The notes: a model not told the origin generated them from the sequence alone. DNA of 64,000 bases from an uncultured Verrucomicrobiae bacterium (GCA_963756875.1 CAVWPA010000003.1:640001-704000); one strand, 5' to 3'; shown: positions 10,807 through 21,203, numbered from the stretch's first letter. Made by a program: numbers and translations.

Positions 10807-10860
10807 GCTTTTCGGCGGCGCCGTGTTGAAAAATCGTATTGTGTGATCTCATCTGCCAAA

Positions 10861-11757
10861 TCAGATGTGGTTGCTGGAATGTTTGTGTCGATCCATAAAG
10901 GTGAGCTCGGCGATTCCGGATTTGTCCAGTTCGCCAAGGCCTTCCGCAATCATACGGTCGTATTGTTCCTTTGTGGCTCGCGCAAGCGGAAGATCGAGCC
11001 CGGCTCCGCGCGCCAGTTCGAGGGCGATGCCGCTGTCCTTGGCTGCATGCGCCGCAGAGAAGAAACAGGCGTGGTCGCGGTTTTGCATGTCTTCGCCGTC
11101 TGTCTGAAGAACGCGCGAAGCGGCGCCGGTTTGCGAAAAAACTTCGCGTAACGTCTTTAGATCGAGGCCGAGGGCAGATCCCAGACCAAGTCCCTCAGCC
11201 AATCCGGCGGTATTGATGTTCATGACCATGTTGACGAGCGCTTTTACTTTCGCCGCCTCGCCGGCCTTGCCGATGAAACGCACGGTCGAGCCCAGTTCCT
11301 TCAAAATCGGCTCGGCTTTACGAAACGCTTCTTCTTTTCCGCCGCACATCAAATAAAGCGACCCTTCCCGCGCCTGAGTGATGCTCGATGCCATGCAGGC
11401 TTCGAGCGACAGCGCGCCCGCTTTTTGCGCCAGTTTTTCAACTTCAACGTGCATCTGCGGTGAAATCGTTGCGCAGTTGATGAAAAGTTTGCCACGCGCG
11501 TTGACGAGCAGATTGTCGCCGGCCCCGGCAAAAATCTCGCGCATTGCACCGTCATCGGTCACGACGGTGAAGATCACGTCCGCGCTCGCGGTTACTTCCG
11601 ACAAATCCTGACAGGCGGCACAACCAAGTTCCTCGGCCAGCGCGGTCGCCGACGGACGATTTTTATCGTACACGGCGGTGACGCCAAATTTTCGATCTTT
11701 CAATCGACGAGCCATGTTCGCGCCCATTCGTCCGACTCCGACAAAACCGACGTTCAT
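10861..11757 (-). CDS. NAD(P)-dependent oxidoreductase, 3-hydroxyisobutyrate dehydrogenase family
   Basis: VGFVGVGRMGANMA Rossmann motif; KALVN and KD motifs. Confidence 0.88.
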   Translation of the reverse strand: MNVGFVGVGRMGANMARRLKDRKFGVTAVYDKNRPSATALAEELGCAACQDLSEVTASADVIFTVVTDDGAMREIFAGAGDNLLVNARGKLFINCATISPQMHVEVEKLAQKAGALSLEACMASSITQAREGSLYLMCGGKEEAFRKAEPILKELGSTVRFIGKAGEAAKVKALVNMVMNINTAGLAEGLGLGSALGLDLKTLREVFSQTGAASRVLQTDGEDMQNRDHACFFSAAHAAKDSGIALELARGAGLDLPLARATKEQYDRMIAEGLGELDKSGIAELTFMDRHKHSSNHI

Positions 11758-11772
11758 ATAAAGTAGCGCGAA

Positions 11773-12591
11773 TTACACTTTCCCGGCGAAGAAGGGATTG
11801 TGCGCCTTCTCCTCCCGGACGGTCGTCATCGGACCGTGCCCCGGGCAAATGACAGTTTCGTCCCGAAGGGTCAGAATTTGTTCCAGGTTATTTCGAACAG
11901 CGTCTTCGTAGGAAACATTTCCGCCTCCCATGGAGCCGGCAAAAAGCGAGTCGCCCACGATCGCCACGGGGCGCGCCAAGCCCGTCACCACATAGGTCAT
12001 TCCACCAGGCGAATGTCCCCAGGTCAGCCTCGTCTCGATCTTGAGCTTGCCGAGACTAAGATGTTTGCCTTCCTCGATCGGTTCGGCGCCTGGCACGGAT
12101 TCGCGCGCCGGCGTCGAAACACGCGCGCCGGTTCTTTTCTGTAACCGCGACAAATCGGCTATGTGGTCGGGATGGGCATGCGTGAGTAAAATCAATTTCA
12201 AATTCAGTTTTTCCTTTTCCGCGAGCTGTAACATCTCGGATGCATCCGCGCCGGTATCGAACGCAACGGTCTGGCGGGTCGCCGGGTCCCAGACGAGATA
12301 GGAGTTCACCGTCATGCCGTGATAGTGAGTGGTGAATTGCGCGAGGCCATCGATCTTTTCGGGCTTTGCGGGTTGCCAGGTCCCTGTGGCGAGGTCGCAC
12401 AAAGCGCGCGCCGCCAGGCCAAGAGCGGGAGCGATGCGCATCAGGGCCAGCTCGTCATACTCACCGGCCCGCAGCTTGCGAATGGTCTGGGAACTCACGC
12501 GGGCCTTTTCGGCCAGCTCAGTATCAGAAACGCGCAAACCAGCCTGCGCTTTGCCGATTACGTCTGCGAAATTGTCTTCCAGGGGAATCAT
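11773..12591 (-). CDS. MBL-fold metallo-hydrolase with N-terminal HTH-like extension
   Basis: THAHPDH, GHSPGG, GDSLFAGS, PGHG. Confidence 0.88.
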   Translation of the reverse strand: MIPLEDNFADVIGKAQAGLRVSDTELAEKARVSSQTIRKLRAGEYDELALMRIAPALGLAARALCDLATGTWQPAKPEKIDGLAQFTTHYHGMTVNSYLVWDPATRQTVAFDTGADASEMLQLAEKEKLNLKLILLTHAHPDHIADLSRLQKRTGARVSTPARESVPGAEPIEEGKHLSLGKLKIETRLTWGHSPGGMTYVVTGLARPVAIVGDSLFAGSMGGGNVSYEDAVRNNLEQILTLRDETVICPGHGPMTTVREEKAHNPFFAGKV

Positions 12592-12594
12592 TCG

Positions 12595-13260
12595 TTAGGC
12601 ATTGGCTGGATCGGGCACGAAGCTGGCTTTCAGGTCCTGGATTCGTTCCCGGGCGATCGCTGCGAACTGAGCCGCAACATCGGTCAGAGAAAACGATCTG
12701 CCAGCTTCTTTTTCCATCGAAGTCATTGCAACATTGGTGAGGCCACACGGAACGATAAAGTTAAATGGCGAGAGGTCGCCGCCGACATTCAGCGCAAAAC
12801 CGTGCATGGTGATCCAGTGACGCACGCCGACCCCGATCGATGCGATCTTGCGTCGCTCAATCCAAACGCCGGTCATACCGTCGCGTCGTGTCGCGCGGAT
12901 CTCATGTGCCGCCAGAAATTCAATGAGGAGTTGCTCGAGCCAGCGCAAATAGCGGTGCAAATCCTGGCCGCAGCGGCGCAGGTCGAGAATCGGGTACCCC
13001 ATCAACTGGCCGGGGCCGTGGTACGTTGCCTGGCCGCCGCGATTGATCTCAAAAAGCGGATGCGGCAGATGCGCCGCGCCGAGCAGGCTGGATTGGTCCG
13101 GGTTGCGGCCGATGGTGTAAACCGGTTCGTGCTCGAGCAGGAGCAGTTCGTCGCCTAACGAACGATCTGCGTGTTTGCGCGCCATGATCTCCTCTTGCAG
13201 AGCGAGCGCGTCGGTAAATGGCATTCGTCCCAGCCAGCGCACGGTGAAATCGGAATTCAT
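12595..13260 (-). CDS. lipB: Lipoyl(octanoyl) transferase
   Basis: LLEHEPVYTIG, RGGQATYHGPGQL, KIASIG, HGFALN, IVPCG. Confidence 0.96.
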   Translation of the reverse strand: MNSDFTVRWLGRMPFTDALALQEEIMARKHADRSLGDELLLLEHEPVYTIGRNPDQSSLLGAAHLPHPLFEINRGGQATYHGPGQLMGYPILDLRRCGQDLHRYLRWLEQLLIEFLAAHEIRATRRDGMTGVWIERRKIASIGVGVRHWITMHGFALNVGGDLSPFNFIVPCGLTNVAMTSMEKEAGRSFSLTDVAAQFAAIARERIQDLKASFVPDPANA

Positions 13261-13760
13261 ATCCGGGCTCCTTCCGGCATTCCGGCCCGAACACTTTCCT
13301 GCGCACGCACGTGCGTCAGCCCGATCGCGAGCGCATCGGCTGCGTCCGGATTGGGCGTTTCAGTCAATCCGAGCAGCGCCCGCACCATGAATGCGACCTG
13401 GTTCTTCCCCGCGGTGCCGCGGCCGACGGTGGCTTGCTTGATTCGTTTCGGCGCGTATTCGAAAACAGGCAAGCCGTTTTCCGCCGCGGTGAGAATGGCC
13501 GCGCCGCGCGCTGCGCCAAGCAAAATCGCAGTCTTGTGGCTCTGCACGTAAATAACCGATTCCAGCGCGCAGCAATCCGGCCCGTGCTCGCGGATTAATT
13601 CAGAAAGCCTGTCGCGGATGGCAACGAGGCACGATGATGATCGCAGCGAGCCTGCATTGTGGATCGTGCCGAAATAGAGTGCGCGCGCCTTGCCGTTGTT
13701 TGCATCGATGATCGCGACGCCGGTGTTTCGCAAAGAGGCATCGATGGCCAGAACGCGCAT
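13257..13760 (-). CDS. ruvC: Holliday junction resolvase
   Basis: RVLAID, ALE, GRGTAGKNQV, PDAADALAI. Confidence 0.93.
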   Translation of the reverse strand: MRVLAIDASLRNTGVAIIDANNGKARALYFGTIHNAGSLRSSSCLVAIRDRLSELIREHGPDCCALESVIYVQSHKTAILLGAARGAAILTAAENGLPVFEYAPKRIKQATVGRGTAGKNQVAFMVRALLGLTETPNPDAADALAIGLTHVRAQESVRAGMPEGARI

Positions 13761-13852
13761 AATCGTTGTCCGTAAGGTTAAGATCGACCGGCAGTCATTC
13801 AAGACGCAATCGACAAGCCTCGTTTCCGGGGCTTAGTTTGCCATAAGCATCG

Positions 13853-14555
13853 ATGAAAGAGACTCCGCGTTGTGTTTGCCAGGTCTGCAAAAAACCGAAG
13901 TCGCCACAGGACGGCAGAATCGCGGAATTGATTCGACCATCCCTTCTCGAATTCATCAAGAAGCAGGTCCCTGAATGGGACGACAAGGGCTTTATCTGCC
14001 TGGAGTGTCTCGGCAAATTCCGAAAGGATTACGTCAAGGAAACGCTTGAGCAAGAGATTGGTGAGCTTTCCGCGCTCGATAACGAAGTCATCGAAAGTTT
14101 GCAGCAGCACGAGATCCTTTCCGAAAACATCAGCAAGCAGTTCGAGAAGAAGCTGACTTTTGGCGAGCGGCTTTCGGACCGAATCGCCGAATTCGGCGGA
14201 AGCTGGCGATTCATCATTTTGTTCGGAACCGTTCTGATGATCTGGATCCTTGCGAACGCCATCTTTCTCGCCAATCGCGGATTCGATCCCTATCCATTCA
14301 TTCTGCTTAATCTCATCCTCTCCTGCCTTGCGGCGATCCAGGCGCCGATCATCATGATGAGTCAGAATCGTGCCGAATCGCGCGATCGATTGCGCGCGGA
14401 GAACGACTACAAGGTCAACCTCAAAGCAGAACTGGAAATCCGGCATCTGCACGAGAAGATCGACCATCTATTGCGCCGGCAGGTACAATCGGTTGTTCGA
14501 GATTCAGCAGATTCAAATCGAGCTTCTCGAGGAACTCGGCCGCAAGCGCGGGTAA
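13853..14555 (+). CDS. DUF1003 domain membrane protein (apparent +1 frameshift at about 14482)
   Basis: FGGSWRFI, FDPYPFILLNLILSCLAAIQAPIIMMSQNR; family C-terminus YNRLFEIQQIQIELL is in the next frame. Confidence 0.88.
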
Positions 14556-14579
14556 CAGGCCAGAGATCCAAATTTTGGT

Positions 14580-14692
14580 CGCAGCCACACTCGAAAACGC
14601 GCGCCAGAACTTGACTGCTTAAAGCAGTCAAGTCTAACGAGTGCTTCCGGGGTTGAATGCCAGGGCGCCTGGTGGATAGATCGCAGGCTGCG
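14580..14692. ncRNA. Candidate structured RNA or bidirectional terminator (6S-like hairpin, unverified)
   Basis: Closing pair CGCAGCC/GGCTGCG, CACTCG/CGAGTG, 12-bp inverted repeat at 14609-14633, CCAGG/CCTGG hairpin; lies between convergent genes. Confidence 0.35.
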
Positions 14693-14706
14693 GGGGCTCT
14701 GTTGGC

Positions 14707-17271
14707 TTAACGGCCTTCCGTCTCGCCATCGACAGCCTGCGTGGCGAGCACGCAGCGGAAACCGTAAATCACATCGCGCTCGCTGCGATCGACCACGTTG
14801 CGATAAGAGGATTGCATCTCCAGGCGATTGCTCGTGGCCCAGGAACCGCCGCGCAGCACTCCCCAGTCACGGCCAGTAGTGCTGGTGTTTCCTTTGTAGG
14901 CTTCGGCGCACCATTCCCACACGTTTCCGCCCATGTCGTAAACGCCCGGCGCGTTCGGCTTGAAACTTCCGGCCGGCGCTGTTTGCGGAAAACCATCGTT
15001 ATAACCTTCAATCGCGCTCGCGCCACGCCGTTTTGCGCTTTGGTCGGCGTAATTGCCCGCGCCGCGGGGAGGCGGCCATTGTTTTCCCCACGGAAACTCA
15101 TTGCGGATCTTGCCATCGCGCGCTTCCGGGGTCGCGCCGGTTTCTTTAGGCAAGCCGGCCGCGGCGCTCCATTCGCGGTCGGTCGGGAGCCGATAAATCT
15201 GCCGGTCTTCCAAGAGATTTTCGTCGCGCTCCTTTTCGGTTAACCATTTGCAAAAGGCGTTTGCGTCGAACCAATTCACTTTTACCACGGGGTGAAGCGG
15301 TGTTTGCTGAAAATCGGGAGGTTCGTAATGGCGACCGGTGGCATTGCAAAATGTTTCGTAATCCTGGACCCGCGTTTCCCAAACCGAGATGCGAATATGA
15401 TCCAGCGGCACGAATTTCATGCCGAGCGAGTTCGTCCAGGGCTGGCCCGGCTCCGGCCCCAGGCTTTTTTCCAGGCGGGCGGCGAGAAAGGCCTGCTGTT
15501 GCGCCTCGACTTTGCCCGTTACCGAAGCCGATTTGAATCCGCTCAAACGCAGTTCGTAAGTTACCGGCCCCGGTTTTACTTCGGCGATGACCAGAGGCGT
15601 TTGACCCAGATCCCGCCCGTTCGCGATCACAGTTGCGCCGCCTGGCGCGCTCGTAATTTTCACGCTGCCATTTGCGAACACAAAATGCGCGGAGTTCTCG
15701 TGCTGCGCCTGGACCACAATCGATCGATGCTCCTCGGGCCAGCCCTTCATTCGCGCAATGAGTTCGTGAGGACGAGCGGGAATTTCCAGGCGCAGCGGCG
15801 TTTGCCCCCGGGGACTCCCATCGACAATTATTTCTGCGCTGGCCGGCTCGCTGGTGACCTTCACGACTCCATTCAAAAATGCGAACGATCTTCGCGCCGT
15901 CTGGCCGCGTTCGATCTCGACGATCTCGCGCATTTCCCAGTCGCCGCGCTTTGCGACCACTGAGTATTTGCCCGTCGGCAAATCTCCCAGAGTCGCGGGC
16001 GTAGTTCCGTCGCGCGACAGGCGGCCATCGTCGCTGCGCAGAGAAAATTTCGCGCCGGCCGGGTCGGATCGTACCTCAAGCGTGCCCTTGCTGCGTATCA
16101 AATGAAACATTGGGAATTCGGCCGAATGCCGCGTTCCGAAATCGACAATCGTTTCGACCGGGTCGTAGCCGGGGTTCATGATCCGCAATCTGTATTTGCG
16201 CGGTTCGAGGTCGCTGAAGGTCGCCGGGCTTTTTTCAACATGGTCGCCCAGGAGCACGAGCGCAGCGGGCGGATCGGTTCGGATTGTCGTCTGCAGATGC
16301 AGATCGCCAGTCGGCGGAGATGTGCGGGACCACCAAAAGATAAATCCTCCTCCGAGGGCGAGAAAAACCAGCAGTGCGACGAGCACGCGCTTCACCGGCG
16401 ATCTGGTTCCCACCGGGCGATCGCCGCGTTTCAACGCGGCGAGGTCCGCGTGCATGTTTGCCGCCGACACATACCGCTTGCGCGGCTCGTTGGCGCACGC
16501 TTTCACAAGCACGTCGTTCAATTGCAACAGCTGCTGCTTGTCCGGCCGCTGACTCAATTGCGAGTCGATCTCTGGGAAATCGAGCCGATCTTTCCCCGTG
16601 CTGATTTCGTAAATGACTTTGCCGAGGCTGAAAATATCCGCTTGCGGTGTGCCTGGTCCCTCGGGTGGAACGTAGCCCTCGGTTCCAACGAACGAACGCT
16701 GTCCGGTCGCAGCAACCAGGCCGATGTCGGCCAGTTTAGGCACACCGTCGATGAGAATGATATTCGACGGCTTAATGTCGCGGTGGGTGAGTCCGCACGC
16801 GTGCAAGGCTCCCAGCGCTTCGCTTAAAGAAAGGCCAAGCTGAATCGATTCGGCAGCAGACAGACATTTTTGGTGTTCCAGATCGCTTTTCAACGTGCGC
16901 GGTTCGTATTTGGCGACGTCGATTTTGCGGCCGGCGAGATGGTCGTCGGCCAGTTCCATAATGTAATAAAGGTAATCGTTTGTGCGGCCGACATGGAGAA
17001 TGTCCACGAAACCGGCATGCGCGCGCGAGATTGGCTCGAACGCGGACATGCCCTGAAATTCGCGCTGAAAAGCGCGTTCGCTTTCGAACGTGGTCCGATA
17101 AACAACTTTCACCGCGCGAAACGCGCCGGTCAGACTCTTCGCCAGCCAGATCTCACCATAAGCGCCGCGCCCGATCACGCGCAGTACCTCGTGATCGGGA
17201 ACAACCGGAACCTTTACCGAAACTTCGTCAGGAATGAGCGCAATTTTACACGGATCGGCAAGGTGAGGCAA
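14707..17271 (-). CDS. Membrane Ser/Thr protein kinase with PEGA repeats and C-terminal FGE-sulfatase (SUMF1-like) domain
   Basis: IGRGAYG, AVK, HRDIKPSN, LADIG; TM helix; PEGA repeats; RLPTDREW, YDMGGNVWEW, RGGSW, GFRCV; start uncertain. Confidence 0.9.
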   Translation of the reverse strand: MPHLADPCKIALIPDEVSVKVPVVPDHEVLRVIGRGAYGEIWLAKSLTGAFRAVKVVYRTTFESERAFQREFQGMSAFEPISRAHAGFVDILHVGRTNDYLYYIMELADDHLAGRKIDVAKYEPRTLKSDLEHQKCLSAAESIQLGLSLSEALGALHACGLTHRDIKPSNIILIDGVPKLADIGLVAATGQRSFVGTEGYVPPEGPGTPQADIFSLGKVIYEISTGKDRLDFPEIDSQLSQRPDKQQLLQLNDVLVKACANEPRKRYVSAANMHADLAALKRGDRPVGTRSPVKRVLVALLVFLALGGGFIFWWSRTSPPTGDLHLQTTIRTDPPAALVLLGDHVEKSPATFSDLEPRKYRLRIMNPGYDPVETIVDFGTRHSAEFPMFHLIRSKGTLEVRSDPAGAKFSLRSDDGRLSRDGTTPATLGDLPTGKYSVVAKRGDWEMREIVEIERGQTARRSFAFLNGVVKVTSEPASAEIIVDGSPRGQTPLRLEIPARPHELIARMKGWPEEHRSIVVQAQHENSAHFVFANGSVKITSAPGGATVIANGRDLGQTPLVIAEVKPGPVTYELRLSGFKSASVTGKVEAQQQAFLAARLEKSLGPEPGQPWTNSLGMKFVPLDHIRISVWETRVQDYETFCNATGRHYEPPDFQQTPLHPVVKVNWFDANAFCKWLTEKERDENLLEDRQIYRLPTDREWSAAAGLPKETGATPEARDGKIRNEFPWGKQWPPPRGAGNYADQSAKRRGASAIEGYNDGFPQTAPAGSFKPNAPGVYDMGGNVWEWCAEAYKGNTSTTGRDWGVLRGGSWATSNRLEMQSSYRNVVDRSERDVIYGFRCVLATQAVDGETEGR

Positions 17272-17289
17272 TTCCGGGCGGGCAGTGCG

Positions 17290-17910
17290 CTACACGGAGA
17301 TCTTCTCCAGCGCCTTGATCTCCTTCTTGAGCATTGCCGAGACACGGTGCCGGGCGAGGTAAACCTGGCCTATGCTGACTCTTAGCTGCTCGGCCACTTT
17401 CTGCGCGGGCCATTCCTTACGTACATAACAATCGAAGATTTGGAATTGTTTCGGGTCGACTTTCTTTTTAACCCGGGTCACGGCCGCCCCGAGCAGATTT
17501 TCCTGCCATTCCTTTTCCCAGAGAGCGTCCAGATCGACTCCGTGCGGGTCGGCCACGCGTTCTATCGTCGCCGTTGCTCGATCGTCCGCCGAGCGGGGAA
17601 ATTTACGGTTGCCCGGTTCGCGTTTACGAAATTGATCGGCAATTCGCCAGCGCGTGATTTGCAGGAGCCAGCCCTTGAAGGAGCCGATCGCGGGATCGTA
17701 TTTCAACTTATCGATCTTCTTTGCTACGGTGATGATGGTTTCCTGCACGACTTCCTGCGCTTCGGCATCGATCAGGCCCGATCTGCGCGCCGCGGAATAA
17801 ATCAGTTTCCAGTAGGTATCGAAAAATTCCTGCCAGCGCTTGCGGTCTTCCCAATCAGCCAGGCGTTCGACCAGGCTGCGGCGCGTTGCCAGTAATCCTG
17901 CGCTCTTCAT
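17290..17910 (-). CDS. ECF-type sigma-70 factor
   Basis: TRRSLVERL, AQEVVQET, GSFKGWL, region 4 HTH VAEQLRVSIGQVYLARHRV. Confidence 0.9.
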   Translation of the reverse strand: MKSAGLLATRRSLVERLADWEDRKRWQEFFDTYWKLIYSAARRSGLIDAEAQEVVQETIITVAKKIDKLKYDPAIGSFKGWLLQITRWRIADQFRKREPGNRKFPRSADDRATATIERVADPHGVDLDALWEKEWQENLLGAAVTRVKKKVDPKQFQIFDCYVRKEWPAQKVAEQLRVSIGQVYLARHRVSAMLKKEIKALEKISV

Positions 17911-18073
17911 ATCGATCTACTTAACGTAACCGCGGCGGGAGTGAAAGTAATGATCCGCCAAACACGCCAAATGCCGCCGAAAGAAGGCTGTTGTTGTGTC
18001 ATTTGCCGTATGAGAAGGCCTGGCGGGACGTCGGCGGTAGTGTTCGCTGATTGTCAGTCCCCGGGGAAATACT

Positions 18074-18131
18074 GCCCTCACCTGGCGCTTCGCGTCCTCC
18101 TCTCCCTGAGGGAGAGGACCGAGGTGAGGGC
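18074..18131. repeat. Palindromic element GCCCTCACCT...AGGTGAGGGC with inner hairpin
   Basis: 10-bp terminal inverted repeat plus TCCTCTCCCT-G-AGGGAGAGGA; single copy in window. Confidence 0.7.
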
Positions 18132-18237
18132 CAGTCATGTGCAACTGACTATTGACCAACACTACCGACCTCGGCTTGCGATTCGTTTCGGCATTGAACG
18201 TTAAGCGTTTAACGGAGAGATTCGGCGGGCGCCAAAC

Positions 18238-18942
18238 ATGTCCACACCAAACGCGCCGGTCTCAATCATTGTCCCGACCCTGAACGAGGCGGAGAATATC
18301 ACGCCGCTGGTGTCGCACATTGTCGCGACCGGCGTCCCGTTTCACGAAATCCTTTTTTTGGATGGCGCTTCCACCGACGGGACCCAGGATCTCGTCAGGG
18401 CGCTTGCGGCAAATCATCCGATTCGGTTGATCGAGCAGGAGCCGGGCGAGCCGGGACTGGCCGCAGCGATCATGCAGGGGGCGCGCGCCGCAACCGGGGA
18501 GATTCTGGTGGTAATGGATGCGGACCTGAGCCATCCGCCGGAACGCATCAATGATTTGCTGGCGCCGATTGCGGCGGGAATGGCGGATATGGCCATCGGA
18601 AGCCGATACGTAGCCGGCGGATCGACGCCCGGCTGGCCGCTCTGGCGGCGAATGTTGTCACGAATTGCGTCGGCGTTTGCCTGGCCGCTCACTGGAGTTC
18701 GCGATTCGATGTGCGGATTTTTCGTCATCGCACGGGCTCGATTGTTGGAAATCGCGCCCCCAACCAGCGGCTTCAAGATTGTCTTTGAAACAATCGTGCG
18801 CGGTCGCGATTTGCGTGTTCGGGAAATCCCAATCGCCTTCCGCGATCGTGCGCGCGGCCAATCCAAGATGTCGTTTGGCGTTGCGCTGAAGTTTTTTTTG
18901 AGATGGTTACTTGCGATCGTTCAGCATCCGTTTCGAAGATGA
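18238..18942 (+). CDS. GT2 glycosyltransferase, polyprenol monophosphomannose synthase-like
   Basis: SIIVPTLNE, VMDADLSHPPE, GSRY, FRDRARGQSK. Confidence 0.9.
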   Translation: MSTPNAPVSIIVPTLNEAENITPLVSHIVATGVPFHEILFLDGASTDGTQDLVRALAANHPIRLIEQEPGEPGLAAAIMQGARAATGEILVVMDADLSHPPERINDLLAPIAAGMADMAIGSRYVAGGSTPGWPLWRRMLSRIASAFAWPLTGVRDSMCGFFVIARARLLEIAPPTSGFKIVFETIVRGRDLRVREIPIAFRDRARGQSKMSFGVALKFFLRWLLAIVQHPFRR

Positions 18943-18945
18943 AGG

Positions 18946-19076
18946 AAAGCTCCAAATTCCAAGCTCCAACATCCAGAGAAATCCCAGGCTCCAATATTCA
19001 AAATGGCACGCATTGCCCTATTGGAGTTTGATGATTGAAGCTTCTTTGGGGCTTGGATGTTGGAATTTGGAGCTTT
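18946..19076. repeat. Inverted heptamer-array element (AAGCTCC-type)
   Basis: AAAGCTCC AAATTCC AAGCTCC AACATCC AGAG ... TTGGATG TTGGAAT TTGGAGCTTT; 17-bp perfect terminal inverted repeat. Confidence 0.9.
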
Positions 19077-20532
19077 ACACGGCGGGCCGTGCCTTGTGCC
19101 AATCGGTGCTCTGCTCGTAAGCGTGCGCGATTTGAAAGATGCGCGCTTCGTCGAGCGCGTTGCCCAGCAATTGCAGACCAATTGGCAACTGCAAGCCATC
19201 GACCGTAGCGAAGCCGCACGGCACGCTGATTCCACAGATGCCGGCGAGGTTCGCGGGGCTGGTGAAAATGTCCGCCAGATACATTTGCAACGGATCGTCC
19301 GTGCGTTCGCCAAGCTTAAACGCCGGCACGGGCGACGTCGGCGAGATAAGCGCGTCCACTTTCTCAAATGCGTTCGCAAAATCCTGCCGCATCAGTTCGC
19401 GCACCTTTTGCGCGCGTAAATAATAGGCATCGTAATAGCCGGAGCTCAGGACGTACGTGCCAAGAATGATCCGGCGTTTCACCTCCTGACCAAAACCCTG
19501 GCCGCGCGTCCGGCCGTAATGATCGAGCAGATCACGTGGATTTTCCGCGCGATAGCCGTAGCGCACGCCATCGAAGCGCGCCAGATTCGCCGAAGCTTCC
19601 GCCGTTGCCAGAAAATAATAAACAGCGATCCCATATTCCGTGTGCGGCAGGCTCACATCGACAATCTCTGCGCCTAACGAATGCAGATTTTTTACCGCTG
19701 CATCGATCGCGCTTTTTACCTGCGGATCGGTCCCTTCCACCATGTATTCCTTTGGCAAACCAAGGCGAACGCCTTTCAACTCCCTGCCAAGCGCCGCGGT
19801 GTAATCGGGCACCGGCTCGTTTAACGAGGTCGAGTCTTTTGGATCGTGCCCGGCCAGCGCATTCATGATCAACGCAGCGTCTCGTACCGTTTTTGTAAGC
19901 GGCCCGACTTGATCCAGCGACGAGGCGAATGCCGTGACGCCAAATCGCGAGACGCGGCCGTAAGTTGGTTTCAGGCCGACAACGCCGGATAGGGCGGCTG
20001 GCTGGCGGATCGATCCTCCCGTGTCGGTGCCGAGCGCGCCAAATGCGGCATCGGCAGCGACGGCAGCGGCCGAGCCGCCGCTCGAACCGCCCGGCACGCG
20101 TGAGAGGTCCCACGGATTGCGCGCGGGTTTGACGCTCGAATTCTCAGTGGACGACCCCATCGCAAATTCGTCCATGTTTGTTTTGCCGAAAGGGACCGCT
20201 CCTGCGGCGCGTAATTTACGGATCACGGTCGCATCGTAAGGCGCGCGGTATCGCTGCAGGATTTTCGATCCGCATGTGCACGGCTGGCCCATGACGTTGA
20301 TGATGTCCTTGATCGCAATCGGCACGCCGCCCAATGGAAGTTCGACATCTGTTTTTTCGGCTTCTTTCGCGGCAGCTTCAAAATCAATCGAAAGATACGC
20401 GCCGATCTTTGGATCAACTTCTTCGACGCGGGTCCGCAGCGATTCAAGCGCGTCGCGCGGCGAAACTTCGCGGCGACGAAGCAAGCCCTGCAGATCGGCG
20501 ATGGTGAGCGCCGGCAAATCAGGCCGGCTCAT
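19075..20532 (-). CDS. gatA: Asp/Glu-tRNA amidotransferase subunit A
   Basis: [51 protein letters not shown]. Confidence 0.97.
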   Translation of the reverse strand: MSRPDLPALTIADLQGLLRRREVSPRDALESLRTRVEEVDPKIGAYLSIDFEAAAKEAEKTDVELPLGGVPIAIKDIINVMGQPCTCGSKILQRYRAPYDATVIRKLRAAGAVPFGKTNMDEFAMGSSTENSSVKPARNPWDLSRVPGGSSGGSAAAVAADAAFGALGTDTGGSIRQPAALSGVVGLKPTYGRVSRFGVTAFASSLDQVGPLTKTVRDAALIMNALAGHDPKDSTSLNEPVPDYTAALGRELKGVRLGLPKEYMVEGTDPQVKSAIDAAVKNLHSLGAEIVDVSLPHTEYGIAVYYFLATAEASANLARFDGVRYGYRAENPRDLLDHYGRTRGQGFGQEVKRRIILGTYVLSSGYYDAYYLRAQKVRELMRQDFANAFEKVDALISPTSPVPAFKLGERTDDPLQMYLADIFTSPANLAGICGISVPCGFATVDGLQLPIGLQLLGNALDEARIFQIAHAYEQSTDWHKARPAV

Positions 20533-20819
20533 TCGACGACTTTGGTGACGATGAAAAGATTGTTGGCCTTCTGCGGAGCATTGCTTAACGCCTGTTCGGC
20601 CGTGAACCAGTCACGCGGCTCGTCTTCGCGGAAGACATTGAACACCGGGATGGCGTGAGCGGCGGCTTCCACGTGGCTCACATCGACCTGGCGCAATTTC
20701 TCGGCATATTTCAAAATGTCGCCGAGTTGCTTCTGGAACAGCCGGGTTTCTTCGCTGCTCAGGTTCATGCGTGCCAGTTTCGCCACGTAGCCGACATCGA
20801 TCTCGCTTGCTTCCGCCAT
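20529..20819 (-). CDS. gatC: Asp/Glu-tRNA amidotransferase subunit C
   Basis: 96 aa; [19 protein letters not shown]; coupled to gatA. Confidence 0.95.
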   Translation of the reverse strand: MAEASEIDVGYVAKLARMNLSSEETRLFQKQLGDILKYAEKLRQVDVSHVEAAAHAIPVFNVFREDEPRDWFTAEQALSNAPQKANNLFIVTKVVE

Positions 20820-20831
20820 TGCTTTCCCGAT

Positions 20832-21197
20832 CTAAAATTGCAAATGGCTCACCAGCCAGATCACTGCTGCCGCCAGAGCGATTACCAGCATTAAAAACAC
20901 AATGCGACCCTCGCGCCGTTCTTTTCGAAGCGAGCCGCGTGGCCGGATAGTCCCTCCGTCGGCCCCGTAGCGTTTGTCCTGCAACGCGACCGAAACGTCG
21001 AGGCGGCTGCCACCTTCACTCGCGCGCATCAGTAACTCTTCACGCTGTCGGCGTTCCACTTCTTCGGCCACGCGTGGCGCATCCGCGATCATGCGCTCCA
21101 GCTTTTTCATCTGCTCGCGCAGCTCCGATTCCTGGCGGGCCAGTTGTTGCTTGGTTTGATCGAGTGTGGTGGCCGATTTAATCGAACGACGAAGCAT
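20832..21197 (-). CDS. Hypothetical coiled-coil protein with C-terminal TM helix
   Basis: 121 aa ORF tiling the operon upstream of gatC. Confidence 0.7.
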   Translation of the reverse strand: MLRRSIKSATTLDQTKQQLARQESELREQMKKLERMIADAPRVAEEVERRQREELLMRASEGGSRLDVSVALQDKRYGADGGTIRPRGSLRKERREGRIVFLMLVIALAAAVIWLVSHLQF

Positions 21198-21203
21198 GAG
21201 GCA

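Noticed and set aside
14692..14705. GGGGGCTCTGTTGG resembles the 5' end of E. coli 4.5S SRP RNA as I recall it
   Set aside because: The SRP core (CAGG..GGAA..AGCAGC) does not follow, and the downstream sequence is the kinase 3' end; treated as chance.
18946..19076. Periodic repeats as a CRISPR array
   Set aside because: Units are 7 bp, inverted and lack unique spacers; no cas genes in the window.
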